Origin: Candidatus Marinacidobacterales bacterium
Lineage (GTDB): Bacteria > Acidobacteriota > Vicinamibacteria > Marinacidobacterales > SMYC01
NCBI GenBank assembly: GCA_965237955.1
Contig: OZ250169.1
Span: forward strand, 1,984,001 to 2,048,000
Reading direction: 5' to 3'
DNA: 64,000 bases
Positions 44,736 through 57,085 of this stretch are shown piece by piece (the stretch's first letter is position 1; each line of letters opens with the position of its first letter). A program made the translations under genes and the position numbers. The notes beneath the pieces were generated by a model. The model saw only the letters and a program-made list of their open reading frames with translations. It did no database searches and was not told where the DNA came from.

Positions 44736-47678
44736 TGCGTATTCCAGCCATCGTGAACGCCGAATCCAGAGCAAGCTGAACAGCGAATCCGGTGAAGCCG
44801 AACGCTCATCGAAGCGATGAAGTGTTGGGTGACCTCCTTTCCACTGATTGAAAACGTGAACCTATCTTACCTGCGTGTTGTGTAGCAAGGGGCGGCAGGT
44901 CGCTGCCTACGGGAGCGGGCGTAAGGAAAGACGCGAAGCGACCTTCCCGCTCCCGTAGGCAGCGACCTGCCGCGGCCGAACCCCGGGCGATGTGGGGCTG
45001 GTTTCGGGGGGTTGCTGGGGTATGGCCTGGCTCGAGAAGACGCTTCCTGAGGCATTCTCGCGCGTCGTTTTGGCGCCGCATCGTCTGGTACCCCGGGTTT
45101 GGCGGTTTCACCCGTTTTTATCGCATCGACGCTGTGGTCCCTCGCTCGCTCATGCATCGGCGTTGTCAAATGCCTTTGGCGCAGCCTTGGTCTTTCTCAG
45201 AGAAGCTCCTTTGAGAGTGATGCGGTGCGCGCTGTGGAGAATGCGATCGCAGATAGCGTCTGCCTGGTTTGGGTCGCCAATCGCTTCGTGCCACTGCTTG
45301 AGCGGAATCTGGGTCGCGATGAGTGTGGAGCCACGCTCGGCGCGGTCTTCGATGACCTCCATTAGATCCCGTCTCTCCGATTCTTTCAGCGGGTGAAGCA
45401 GCCAATCATCGATAGCCAGTAAGTCCAGCTTGGCGAGTTTCGTCAAAAGCCGGGCGTAGGAACCATCACCACGAGCGACCGCGAGCTCGTGGAGCAAGCG
45501 CGGTGCTCGCACGTAGCATCCGGTGAAGCCGCGACGACAGGCCCGCTCCACGAAGGCGCAAGCCAAGAACGATTTGCCAATCCCCGTCGGGCCGGTGATG
45601 AGCAGGTTATGGCGCTCACCGACAAAGCGGCAGTTGCCCAGGCTCAAGATCTGTTCGCGGTTTAAGCCTCGAGGCGCTTGGAAGTTCACGTTCTCCAAAC
45701 ATGCCGGATAGCGGAGCTTTGCCGCTCGCAGTCGTCGAGAAAGCTTACGCTGTTCGCGGGCGGTCCACTCGGCATCGACCAGGAGTCCCACACGTTCCTC
45801 GAAGCTCAGCTCCTTGTATTCGCTCGAGCTCAACTGGGTTTCGAACGCGGACACCAAGCCGAACAACTTCATGGCGTTCATCTTTTCTATCGTTTCGGGT
45901 GTCAGCATCGGGACTCTCCTCCTTCGTAGTGATCCGCGCCTCGGATGTTCTCGTGCTCCTCTCGCGGTTTCGCTTCGGCGTCCGATTCGAGCACCACACG
46001 ATCTAGACCAGCCGAGAGAATGTTTTTCACCGTGCGATAGCTGTAAGAGCTCAAAGCTTCCGCTCGTGCGCAAGCGGCCTCGAGACGCTCACTGCCCCAG
46101 CGGCTGCCTAGTCGCATGACTCCCAGGCAAGAGCGAAATCCCTGCTCCGGGTGAGGCCGACTCTCTAGAATCCCCGCAACCAGCCTTCCCGTGGCGCGAC
46201 CTGACTGCTCCGCCCAGTGGAGCAGCCGCGACGGCGTCCACTCCAGGTGCTCCCGATGCGAACGTGGCATATGCTCCGGGTTCGTGGAGTAGTGCCCCTT
46301 TCCTTTCTTGCGGGGATGCGACGCGACGCGCTTTCCCTTGAACAGGACCTCCACCACCGAGGCCGTCACCCGTGCCTCGACTTTCTCGTGAATGAGCTGA
46401 TAGGGAACGCTGTACAAGTTGTTCTCCACCTCCACGTGGTAGTCGATGTTCACTCTGCACCGCTTCCACGTCGATAACTCGTAGCTCTCCTGCGGTAGCG
46501 GTTTCAGTACGGGCCGGTCTAGCCTTTCGTACAACTCCCGCCGACTCACACCGAGCTTCTGCATCGGACGCGCATTCAGGACCTCTAACTTCTCCCAGAT
46601 GGCTTCGTTCAGTTCCGCCAGGCTGAAGAACGTGCGATGACGAAGCACCGCCAGGATCCAGCGCTGCGCCACCTGCACTGCCGACTCCACCTTCGCTTTG
46701 TCTTTCGGCTTGAACACCCGAGCCGGGACCACAACCGCACCGTAATGCGTCGCCAGCTCTTCGTACGTCCGGTTGATCCCTGGCTCGTAACGGTCCACCA
46801 AATCCACGCCGCTCTTCAAGTTGTCCGGAACCCAGATCTCCGTACTGCCACCGAAGTAATCCGACATCCCCTTATGGGCCTTCGCCCACGATTCCAGCGA
46901 CTGGTTCAGTGTCGCTTCGACGTAGGTGTAACTGCTCGCGCCCAACGTCCCGACGAACAGCTCCATTTCGACGAGCTCTCCCGTTTTCGGATCGACGATG
47001 TGAGGCTTCTTCCCCGAAAAATAGACGAATGTCTTCTCGCCTGCTCGATGCCGTTGACGCATCGTCGGGTTCAGCTTCTTCTTCCACTGACCGTACAGCT
47101 CGCAATAACGGCTGTAGCCGTACGCTCCCGGCTTATTCTCCGCGTACTCCACCCACAGCTGCAGCAACGTCAGCTCTCGGTGACGCCTCAGCTCCTCGTG
47201 GATGTGGGCATAGTCCAGACCCGGCCGTGCGCCAGACGAGCCCGGCGGCGGAAACAGCCCTGCCTCCAGCTCCCCGTCGCTCAGCTCCTCCGGGAGCGGC
47301 CAGCTCAGACCACCCTTCTTCGCCTTGGCCAGGTACTCACTCACCGTTCCAACCGCCACGCGAAGTGCCTTTGCGATCATGCGGTGAGTAAAACCCAGCT
47401 CGTACTTTAACCTTAGAACCTCTCGTATTTTTCTCATCGATAACCTCTTAGCTGCCATTTCCTAGATCGTCCTCCTTCCGGGTACGACCTAGAGTTGCCT
47501 TGAAACGTGCTATCGATGAGCGTTCGCGATGCCGGAACCGGCGTTCACGTTGCCTGGAATCCGTGTTCACCTTCCCCGGAATCGATGTTCACGATCCCCG
47601 GAATCCGTGTTCACGATGCTTTGGAATGGATGTTCACCTTCGGCTGGAATCTGCGTTCACGATGCCCCGGAATACGCA
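44736..47678 (-). mobile_element. Second IS21-family element (istA 47458..45902, istB 45908..45150)
   Basis: TGCGTATTCC ends with multiple ~22-bp GTTCAC/GGAAT repeats; PDNLKS, KDKAKVE; GPTGIGKS; first catalytic Asp appears replaced (FVYF); no TSD. Confidence 0.92.
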
Positions 47679-47684
47679 CTCTCC

Positions 47685-48466
47685 ATGCGATGAAATTGTA
47701 CGCGTGGATGCGGAACGCGGAAATTACCGCCGATCGAGTAGGCATGGTTTGTTGCCGCAGCTTCGACGTCGCGGCCAATACGTTCTTCAAGCTGTCTTCG
47801 GGTATCACGTCTTCCGTTTTCCAGTTCAGCGTGAAGGAGTACCTGGCGCAGCTCGATGATCTTCGAAGCGAGGTAGCCTCGCAGGAGTCCGATCCAGAGG
47901 ACTGGTTCAGCCCGTATCCCTTCAATCCCATGCGGCTGAAAGCGCTTGAAGTCTTCACCAAGGGCCAGCCCTACCGCGAGCTGATCGGCTCCAACGGAGG
48001 AACCCTCACTGCCGACGAAGTCGCCGATCAGGTGACCGAGCTCATGAGCATCATGGAGCCGACACACCTGACCGACACCGGCGACGTCGGCGACAAGGCG
48101 CGCGCCTATCTACTGAGGGCAAAGTTTCTCGTGGCGGCCGCCAACGGAGTCTTCGAGCGTTCCGAGGTCGAGGCACTCGAGAGTTTGGTGGGGCTGGCCG
48201 TCTCACTGGACGAGATTCGTGAAGTCTTCAACCAGCCCGTCGATGTAGTCCGTGAGCAAGTAGTTGAGCTTTCCAAGGACATTGCCTACATGATGACCGG
48301 CCTCCAGAGGCTTCAGCTGATTCGGGACATTGTTGTGATTTCCTACGCGGACGGATCGATCGACCAGCAGGAAATCGATTGCCTCGTTTGGCTCTGCGAG
48401 AATGTCGGAGTCAACCCGCGGTTCATTCAGCAGATCCTCACTAGCGCGGCCCGCGGAGTGGATTAG
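47685..48466 (+). pseudogene. 5'-truncated M48 peptidase-TerB fusion
   Basis: W.RNAEITADR.G, SP.PFNPMRL; TerB-like VAAANG.FE.SE and YADG.IDQQE. Confidence 0.65.
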
Positions 48467-48585
48467 AGTTCTTCGACTTGGATCTTCAGGGCGGCGAGCG
48501 TTGTGGCCGATCCGTCGAGCCCTTGTGATGATGCTAGGATCATCCGACCGACGGAAAGCGGCGAGAAGGCGCAAGCCTGCCTGGG

Positions 48586-49792
48586 CGTCGTGTCCTAAAA
48601 TGCGAACGGAGCCGAAAGCTCGAATCCTGGAGGCGTTCTCGAGATTCGCGGAGACCAGCCGACGCGACACGGGCTCTGCGATAGGCGCTCCCGAGCAGGA
48701 CCTCTCCTCCAGACCATCCGTTTCGTCCAGCTGGCGCGCCCGAACTCCTATGCGGCGGCGCGGTGGTAATAACTGAGCAAACCGCCCAATCGCTTACGAC
48801 ATCGCACCTTCCCGTGAGGACTGCCGACGCATTCTTCCGCTTCGAGCAACGAGTTCCCAAGCCCTTGATGGTTGCGCTCTCCGTGATAATGATGGATGAA
48901 CTCAGTGATGGCACGACGCAGCGATGGCTCACTGAAGAAGATCATCCGCTCCAAGCACTCGCTCTTGATCGACAAAACAAACCTTTCGACATAAGCGTTC
49001 AGATTCGGCGAACAGTGCGGCAGCCGAATGACGTCAGTTCCGGCGTGCTCGAGCAAATCGCGAAACTCCGTAGTGAACTTCCTGTCGCGGTCCAGGATGA
49101 GGAATCGCTTGCCGCGCAGAAAGCCGTCGAATGGGTCGGTGAGATTCCGACCCCCGGAGTGATTCCGGCAATGTGTACTTTTCGCGAAGACAGCTCGATG
49201 ACGACGAGCACATAGTAGGTCACGAGCCTACGAACTGTGGCGACCTCGACGGTGAAGAAGTCGGTCGCCGCAACGGTTTCCCAATGGGCGGCGAGAAACG
49301 TACGCCATGGCGTTCGCTCACTTCGCTCCGGCGCAGGCTCGATGCCATGTTCTCGCAGAATATTGGCAATGGTGCTCCTGGCTACCGTATGGCCGAGATT
49401 CAACAGGGCGCCGCGAATGCGTGTATACCCCCACTTCGGATTCGACTTCGCCATCCCGTCGTGTCCAAAAACACAAACGGACTCAAGACCGTCGCGCCGG
49501 GACGTTTCGCATCGGTCAGGCGCAAGCGACCCTGGATCTGATTTCGAAGAACTCGATTCTCGGCCACAAGATACCCGTTGCGCAGGAGCAATTTCTCATC
49601 CACGGATCCTGAGACGTAGCCCAGCATGGTCTTCCAGTCCATCGCGACTCCTTCCGCTGAACTGGAATACGTATCCGACCGCGATGGCGGATTCAAGCAG
49701 CCTTTGGAAAGGTGCAAACTGCTGACCCGCTGGGCGTTCGAGTATATTGACCAGACGCGACGTCGAGCTCGACGTACTATTTGCACCATACG
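48586..49792 (-). mobile_element. Decayed rve/integrase-core element with CGT..ACG termini
   Basis: [59 protein letters not shown]; GGG on both flanks (possible 3-bp TSD); internal type-B terminus at 49457. Confidence 0.8.
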
Positions 49793-50036
49793 GGGTTGCT
49801 CCGTTTCTACCATCGGGAAGCCGCATGAGTATTTTGATCTAACGACCACGTGCAATTCCTACCGCTCGTTCTGGCTGGCTGGGTCAACCGCCAGCAACAG
49901 GATGTGATTGACTAGCTGCGAGAGGAGAACCGTGTGCTCCGAGCCGGGCTTCGGGGCAAACGTCTCTGGCTTTTTCGCTTGCATCGTTCTCACATTTTGT
50001 ATATATGGCATTGTTGGGTTCTATTAGGAGGGAGCG

Positions 50037-50354
50037 ATGAAGAGAATCTTTGGTTTCGCTGCGATCGCAACTCTTATGTTGATAGTGGGTTTCACCCACG
50101 CCATCGCCGCGCAGGAATCGGAGGCCGTGCAGGAATCGGAAGCGGTAACCGACGCCGCTGGGGAAGCCGCTGAGGCTGCTGGCGAGATGGCGGACTCGGC
50201 TGCCGAATCGGTAGAAGAAATGGCAGAGTCCACCGCTGAAACGGATGAGGCGGCGGCAGCGGAGACCGGGATGAGCCCCGGGCTCATGTTCGGTCTTTTG
50301 ATCCTGGCGCTGGTTCTGGTGGTGCTTGCGGTGAAGCGGCTGCGCAAAGCTTGA
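50037..50354 (+). CDS. Small acidic Ala/Glu-rich protein with signal peptide and C-terminal TM anchor
   Basis: RBS GGAGGGAG, signal peptide, C-terminal TM plus KRLRK. Confidence 0.7.
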   Translation: MKRIFGFAAIATLMLIVGFTHAIAAQESEAVQESEAVTDAAGEAAEAAGEMADSAAESVEEMAESTAETDEAAAAETGMSPGLMFGLLILALVLVVLAVKRLRKA

Positions 50355-50405
50355 GGTAATCCAACCTTCGCAATCAAGATGGCGCACGGCGACGGGGACA
50401 ACTAG

Positions 50406-50529
50406 TCCCCTGGATCTTTGATTACTATACAAAGTTAGGCTTTTCGCCAGCCCATAAGATCATAAGATTCATGCACTTAGAATGGTTTCGGCAAGCTCTG
50501 CTTTATCTAGTTTGTTCTGATACAGGGGA
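50406..50529. mobile_element. 125-bp MITE, copy 2
   Basis: CTAG-TCCCCTG..CAGGGGA-CTAG, near-identical to 40596-40720. Confidence 0.88.
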
Positions 50530-50553
50530 CTAGGCCCACGCCCTCGCCAGACC

Positions 50554-50755
50554 TGTGCCTTCTATTTATTCATCCGGGCGCCCCGAACTTGATTAGTCTC
50601 CGGTCTGCCGGCACCATACCTGCTTGATTTCGTCGTTTGTTCGCGCTCTCATCTCCGCCTTCAAGGCTCGTCGCGAACTGGCTCTTGACAATGTCGCTCT
50701 TCGGCAGCAGCTCGCCGTCCTCTGCCGTACGGTGAAACGGCGCGGCTCTCGAAGG
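50554..50755 (+). mobile_element. Left end and 5' stub of another rve-type element
   Basis: TGTGCCTTCTATTTATTC end; RRELALDNVALRQQLAVL. Confidence 0.6.
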
Positions 50756-50775
50756 TCGACTGCGGGTGGGGTAAC

Positions 50776-50859
50776 TGTAAAGCCTAGGGGCCCTTGGCCC
50801 AGTCGCTAAGCTGCTGATTTATGGTCTATTTCGAAAGGGCCGAGTTTTGGTACAGGACG
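50776..50859 (+). repeat. Type-A terminus
   Basis: CTAAGCTGCTGATTT..GAGTTTTGGTACAGGACG. Confidence 0.85.
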
Positions 50860-50952
50860 GGGTCGTTTTACCCACAAGGAAGTTTCCTGAGATTATGAAC
50901 GCCGACTGCCCCGTGGCCAGCTCCTATCGATCTGGCCCACAATAGCCGGACG

Positions 50953-53493
50953 ATGACGGGTCCCCTCTACGAGTTGCTGCCCCGCGGCGAGGCAGGGAGC
51001 GACGAGCTTCTCGGTCGCTTCCTCGACTATATCTCGCACCTGGGTCTCACACTCTACCCAGCTCAGGAGGACGCGATCCTCGCGCTCTTCGAGGGGCACA
51101 ACGTCATCCTGAACACCCCTACCGGTTCAGGGAAGTCGCTGGTCGCCTCCGCGCTACACTTCATGTCTCTCGCTCATGGGCGACGCTCCGTCTACACCTG
51201 TCCCATCAAAGCGCTAGTCAACGAGAAGTGGATGGCACTCTGCCGCGAGCTTGGTCCTAGGAACGTCGGCCTCTCCACGGGCGACGCCACCGTCAACCGC
51301 GGAGGACCAGTCCTCTGCTGCACCGCGGAGATCCTCGCGAACATGGCCTTGCGAGAGGGGAAAGATGCGGCGGTGGACGACGTGGTGATGGACGAGTTCC
51401 ACTGGTACGCCGACCGCGATCGCGGGGTTGCCTGGCAGGTACCGCTTCTTACCCTGCCCCAGACACGCTTCCTCCTCATGTCCGCCACTCTCGGTGACGT
51501 GGCCTTCTTCGAGGAGGCGCTCACCGGCCGGAATGGTCGGACCACCGTCACGGTGAAGTCCATTGAGCGACCCGTTCCGCTCGACCACGCCTATTCCGAG
51601 ATCCCCTTGGCGAAGGCGGTAGAAAAGCTCGCCTCCGAGGACAAGGCGCCGATCTACATCGTTCACTTCACGCAGAAAGACGCCGCGGACAGCGCGCAGG
51701 CCTTCACGAGCCTCAGGCTCTCGACCCGTCAGGAGAAGAACCAGGTAGCGGCGGCGATCGAAGGGGTCCGCTTCACGAGCCCCTACGGCCCCAAGGTCCG
51801 CAAGTGGCTCCGGCAGGGCATAGGTGTGCACCACGCGGGACTCCTTCCCAAGTACCGGGTGCTGGTCGAACAACTCGTCCAGCAAGGACTCCTCAAGGTC
51901 ATCTGCGGCACGGACACGCTGGGTGTGGGCATCAACGTGCCGATCCGGACGGTTCTCTTCACCAGGCTCTGCAAATTCGACGGGCACAAGACGGCGGTCC
52001 TCTCCGCCCGCGATTTCCACCAGATCGCCGGGCGCGCGGGCAGGAAGGGCTTCGACGAGGAAGGCTTCGTGGTGGCACAGGCCCCGGATCATGTGATCGA
52101 GAACTTGAAACTCGGGGAGAAGGCGAAAGAGGGCAAGAAGGTCGTCAAGAGGAACCCCCCCGAGCACAACTTCGCCAACTGGGACCGGCAGACCTATGAG
52201 CGGCTCATCGTCGCTCCCCCGGAGCGACTCACTTCCCGTTTCGACGTGTCGCACGGGATGCTCTTGAACGTCCTTTCGCGTCAGAGCGACGGGTGCCTCG
52301 CGATGCGGAGGCTTATCCGGGTGAGCCACGAGCCCGACCGCGCCAAGGGAGGTCACTTTCGACGGGGATGGCAGCTTTTCCGTTCCCTTTTGGCGCGCGG
52401 CATCGTCGAAATCGTTCCCAGAACGGCGGAGGGCTCGCGGCTTCGTGTGAATGTCGAGCTTCAAGAGGACTTCTCGATGGATCAAGCCCTCTCGCTCTAT
52501 CTTCTCGAGACGCTCCCGCTCCTCGACCCGGAGTCGGAGATCTACGCGCTCGACATCCTCACGCTGGTCGAAAGCATTCTCGAGGACCCAAAGCTTATCC
52601 TGCGCCGACAGCTCGACAAGCTGAAGGGGAGGGCGGTCGCGGAGATGAAGGCCGAGGGCCTCGACTACGACCAGCGCATGGAAGAACTCGAAAAGCTCGA
52701 GTACCCGAAGCCTCTGCGGGAATTCATCTACGCGACGTTCAACGCCTTCGCCGACCGGCACCCCTGGGTCGAGGAGGAGAACATCCGGCCGAAGTCGATC
52801 GCGCGGGAGATGTTCGAGAGCTTTCGCTCGTTCTCGGATTACGTGCAGGAGTACGACCTTGAGCGGGCCGAGGGGCTCCTCCTGCGCCACCTCAATAGCG
52901 TCTACAAGGTTCTCCGACAGACCGTGCCAGACCAGGTGAAGACCGACGAGGTCGTCGAGATGGAACTCTACCTGCGCGATATGTTGCGTCAGGTGGACTC
53001 GAGCCTTCTTGAGGAGTGGGAGAGGATGCGCGACTCGAACTACCGGCCGGAGGAGCGGGAGGAGTCGCGGCCACCACTTTCGGAGGAGGCACCGGACGTC
53101 ACGCACGATACCAAAGCCTTCACTGCCGCCATTCGCACGCGTGTCTTCGCCTTCCTCCGTGCGTGGTCGGTCGGAGACGACGAAGCGGCGCTTCGTACCA
53201 TCGACTCGGAAATTGATGCTGACGGAGAGCTCTGGAGCCCGGAGCGCCTGCACGCGGCTCGCGAGGCCTTTCGCGTAGACCACGCGGGCCTGCGCCTCGA
53301 CCCCGAGGCGCGGAACCTCCGCCACACGCACGTGAAACTCTCGGACGATCGGACTACATGGCGCGTCGAGCAGATGCTCGTGGATCTGGAGGACCTCAAT
53401 GATTGGATCGCGGAGCTGGGGGTAAATCTCGAAACCTCGCGCGAGGCAGGACAGCCGATGATTCAGCTACTGCGTCTCGAAACCCTGGTCTGA
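50953..53493 (+). CDS. Ski2-like DEAD/DEAH-box helicase with DUF3516-like C-terminus
   Basis: [40 protein letters not shown]. Confidence 0.92.
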   Translation: MTGPLYELLPRGEAGSDELLGRFLDYISHLGLTLYPAQEDAILALFEGHNVILNTPTGSGKSLVASALHFMSLAHGRRSVYTCPIKALVNEKWMALCRELGPRNVGLSTGDATVNRGGPVLCCTAEILANMALREGKDAAVDDVVMDEFHWYADRDRGVAWQVPLLTLPQTRFLLMSATLGDVAFFEEALTGRNGRTTVTVKSIERPVPLDHAYSEIPLAKAVEKLASEDKAPIYIVHFTQKDAADSAQAFTSLRLSTRQEKNQVAAAIEGVRFTSPYGPKVRKWLRQGIGVHHAGLLPKYRVLVEQLVQQGLLKVICGTDTLGVGINVPIRTVLFTRLCKFDGHKTAVLSARDFHQIAGRAGRKGFDEEGFVVAQAPDHVIENLKLGEKAKEGKKVVKRNPPEHNFANWDRQTYERLIVAPPERLTSRFDVSHGMLLNVLSRQSDGCLAMRRLIRVSHEPDRAKGGHFRRGWQLFRSLLARGIVEIVPRTAEGSRLRVNVELQEDFSMDQALSLYLLETLPLLDPESEIYALDILTLVESILEDPKLILRRQLDKLKGRAVAEMKAEGLDYDQRMEELEKLEYPKPLREFIYATFNAFADRHPWVEEENIRPKSIAREMFESFRSFSDYVQEYDLERAEGLLLRHLNSVYKVLRQTVPDQVKTDEVVEMELYLRDMLRQVDSSLLEEWERMRDSNYRPEEREESRPPLSEEAPDVTHDTKAFTAAIRTRVFAFLRAWSVGDDEAALRTIDSEIDADGELWSPERLHAAREAFRVDHAGLRLDPEARNLRHTHVKLSDDRTTWRVEQMLVDLEDLNDWIAELGVNLETSREAGQPMIQLLRLETLV

Positions 53494-53561
53494 GCGGCGT
53501 TCAAGGGCGTGAGGTCAAAATACTCATGCGGCTTCCCGATGGTAGAAACAGAGCAACCCCG

Positions 53562-53655
53562 GTAGGGTCGAGGGCTGGCGCGGTGCTCCGTAGGCGCGGC
53601 CTATCTGTTTCTCCCCGTTTCCTGTGGGAGTGCCTCACTAGCCGCACCGTAAGTC
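53562..53655 (-). ncRNA. Group II intron 3' remnant (domain VI)
   Basis: Identical to 57086-57179; same CGGG 3' exon. Confidence 0.85.
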
Positions 53656-53718
53656 GAGCCCGCGTGCGAGACGAGGAAACGGGAGAAACGACAGAGTTCA
53701 GGAGCGAGCTGTTGCCCC

Positions 53719-54951
<1,233 letters not shown>

Positions 54952-55188
54952 TGTCTCTTCATACTTTTTGCCTAAGCCACGCGCCTTTTCCCGGCATATC
55001 TTGGTCAATTCGGCAACGGCAGGTATGAGCGGCTGCGTCTTATCCTTGTCATCGGGCACCGCCACTCTGATCGCACAAGATGTGCCAGCACCTAAGAAGA
55101 AAGCGATAGGCTTGTCATGCCGCGCAAGATGGTCCCTCAGGCTGGAGAGTATTTGTTGAGCGTCATGCGTTTGCTGTGTATTGTTCAT
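54952..55188 (-). pseudogene. SIR2-like protein N-terminus truncated by IS3
   Basis: IAFFLGAGTSC..LIP motif. Confidence 0.7.
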
Positions 55189-56687
55189 CCGGGCCCCTCC
55201 GGCATCACGATCAAGCTGTCAAGAGCATCCCGCAGAACGCGCGTCGCACGGCAATCGTCTTCGCTATAATCAAGAATGCGCTGGCGAATCGTAGGGTCAC
55301 CCGTTTCTACCCACCTATGGAACCATTCGATTGAAGCCGCCCCCGAGGGATGTGTGTCGCGCCACGCAAAGACGAGATAGTTCGCCAGTGTTTTGATTGA
55401 GAAGTCTCGTGTTGGCCATTCTGTGGCCTTCAGCACCACATTAGAATAGAGGTCCACGGCCCGTACCGGGTCGAATAGCGCCTCCAGTTCGTCCTCCTTG
55501 CAGACGTCCGGATATTTCTCACGTAGCTTTCGATAGATGGTTCGCTCGTACTTCGAGTAGTAGTAGATCACGCAGGGCTGGCTTTCCTGCATGTAGCGCC
55601 AAGCCTCGGCAAAAGCCTGCTTCTCAGCCTCTGCGGTTGTTTGCTCGGCGAAGAAAGTGATAAACCGTTCTGTGTCGTTGTCGCCGCCCCGCCGTTCGAC
55701 AAAACCGTGCAGGTAACAGATGTTGCGCATGGGATCGACTTCGATGTCGAAGTACAGTTCCAGATCGGCGACCGGCAGCGTTACCGGTTCGCGGAGATAG
55801 GGCTTGGCCTTCTTCCCCGCCGTAATCAGCTTCGCTCGGGCGTGCAGCTTCTCTAGAGTCGCGAGACCTATGCCGGGGAAGATCGTTTTCTTGCCCGTGA
55901 CAAATTCTGCGGGGTAAGCCTCGGCCAGGTCCCGGATCGTTGCGATACGTTCCATCATCACGTCACGCTTCGACCTGCCCAACTCAGGAATCAGCGTCAG
56001 ATCGTTCGCATCGGTTAGGCGTGAGATACAAGCGCTGTACCAATGACAGAGCTTGCAAACCCCGCTATAGGCGGCAAGCGTCTCCGTGCTCTTGCCGACT
56101 ATCGCCTGGGCCTCGGCGAGGCAATCCTGATAATCCTCCCAGAGCGTGCGTGGATTCCGTTTCCCGTATGGTTTTATAAAGTCATAGATGATTTCTTGGC
56201 CATCAATATCCCAGATAAAGCCACGTTTCCCGGCAGAAAGGCCCTTACGTTCCAGGATGTCTGTGTAGAGCCCGAGTTGCACCGCGTAGTGCTTCTTGGG
56301 TTTCGACAGGTCACCCGAGCCTTCCTCCCCTGCGCCTGACTTGATATCTCCAGCGACATACCCGTCACCCTCTTGGCGCAGCAGGTCCGGGTCTCCAAGA
56401 AGGCCTTCGGCCTGCATACGTCCACTGTAGATTAGCGGTTCGCCGCCATGCATAGCCTCAAAAGTCAGCCGTTCCTTTTCATCACCTGCGTATATTGAGA
56501 GATCGGTAAGGGGCATTTCCAGCCTCTCAATAACCTCTTTCTCATAGATGTTACCCTTCTCCCAAAGCAATTGAACAAACGGGTTTGACTCATCGCGTTG
56601 CGCCTGGTCGGCGAAAAGGTCCATGGTCACGCGATGCGGACAAGAAACCAAATCGTAAAGCATTGAGGCGGTGACCGGCGCGGTCAT
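55185..56687 (-). CDS. TM0106-family RecB-like nuclease with RNase H-like domain
   Basis: CPHR, GDPDLL..GDIK, QLGLY, C..C.W..C, YFDIE, FSIKTLA, Y.EDDCRAT. Confidence 0.88.
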   Translation of the reverse strand: MTAPVTASMLYDLVSCPHRVTMDLFADQAQRDESNPFVQLLWEKGNIYEKEVIERLEMPLTDLSIYAGDEKERLTFEAMHGGEPLIYSGRMQAEGLLGDPDLLRQEGDGYVAGDIKSGAGEEGSGDLSKPKKHYAVQLGLYTDILERKGLSAGKRGFIWDIDGQEIIYDFIKPYGKRNPRTLWEDYQDCLAEAQAIVGKSTETLAAYSGVCKLCHWYSACISRLTDANDLTLIPELGRSKRDVMMERIATIRDLAEAYPAEFVTGKKTIFPGIGLATLEKLHARAKLITAGKKAKPYLREPVTLPVADLELYFDIEVDPMRNICYLHGFVERRGGDNDTERFITFFAEQTTAEAEKQAFAEAWRYMQESQPCVIYYYSKYERTIYRKLREKYPDVCKEDELEALFDPVRAVDLYSNVVLKATEWPTRDFSIKTLANYLVFAWRDTHPSGAASIEWFHRWVETGDPTIRQRILDYSEDDCRATRVLRDALDSLIVMPEGPG

Positions 56688-56690
56688 GAT

Positions 56691-56828
56691 TCAGCCCTCC
56701 TTGTACTGACGGAAATTGGTAGCAAGGTCGGCAAATGATTTTGGGCTGTATCTGTTGAAGCTCTCTTCGTCCACAAAGACGAAATCATAGGACACGTCCG
56801 ACTGTGCCCGATTGATCTCCTCGCACCA
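56691..56828 (-). pseudogene. C-terminal tail resembling a type III restriction Res subunit
   Basis: Hand translation WCEEINRAQSDVSYDFVFVDEESFNRYSPKSF. Confidence 0.5.
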
Positions 56829-56834
56829 TGTCTT

Positions 56835-57030
56835 AGGAACACCAGCGTCCGACAATCGAAGTCACCTCGGCGAAGCCGACGCTCCAGCTTTCTCGTCGCT
56901 TTAAGGAGCGCTCGGATGATGACCAAATCCTCCCCCTGAATTCCGTTGGTCGGCTAGCCTTTGTCGACGTTGTCGAACAATAGCCACAATGAATTCTTCA
57001 GTCCCAAGTTAAGTGTCAGCAGTTCCCGCC
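56835..57030 (-). pseudogene. P-loop ATPase (Sll1717-like) internal fragment with a stop codon
   Basis: LWLLFDNVDKG*P..IIRALL.ATRKLER..VFLR. Confidence 0.45.
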
Positions 57031-57085
57031 TTGCATAAAGGTATCGCCAATCGAATCAGTACTGCAATGCAGTTTTGCAATCCCG

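Noticed and set aside
47515-47678. ~22-bp tandem repeats resembling a CRISPR array
   Set aside because: No unique spacers or cas genes; these are IS21 terminal repeats mirrored at 44736
51214-53331. 705-aa antisense ORF
   Set aside because: Shadow of the helicase in GC-rich DNA
53656-53718. IS256-like peptide RARVRDEETGETTEFRSELLP
   Set aside because: Too short to call confidently
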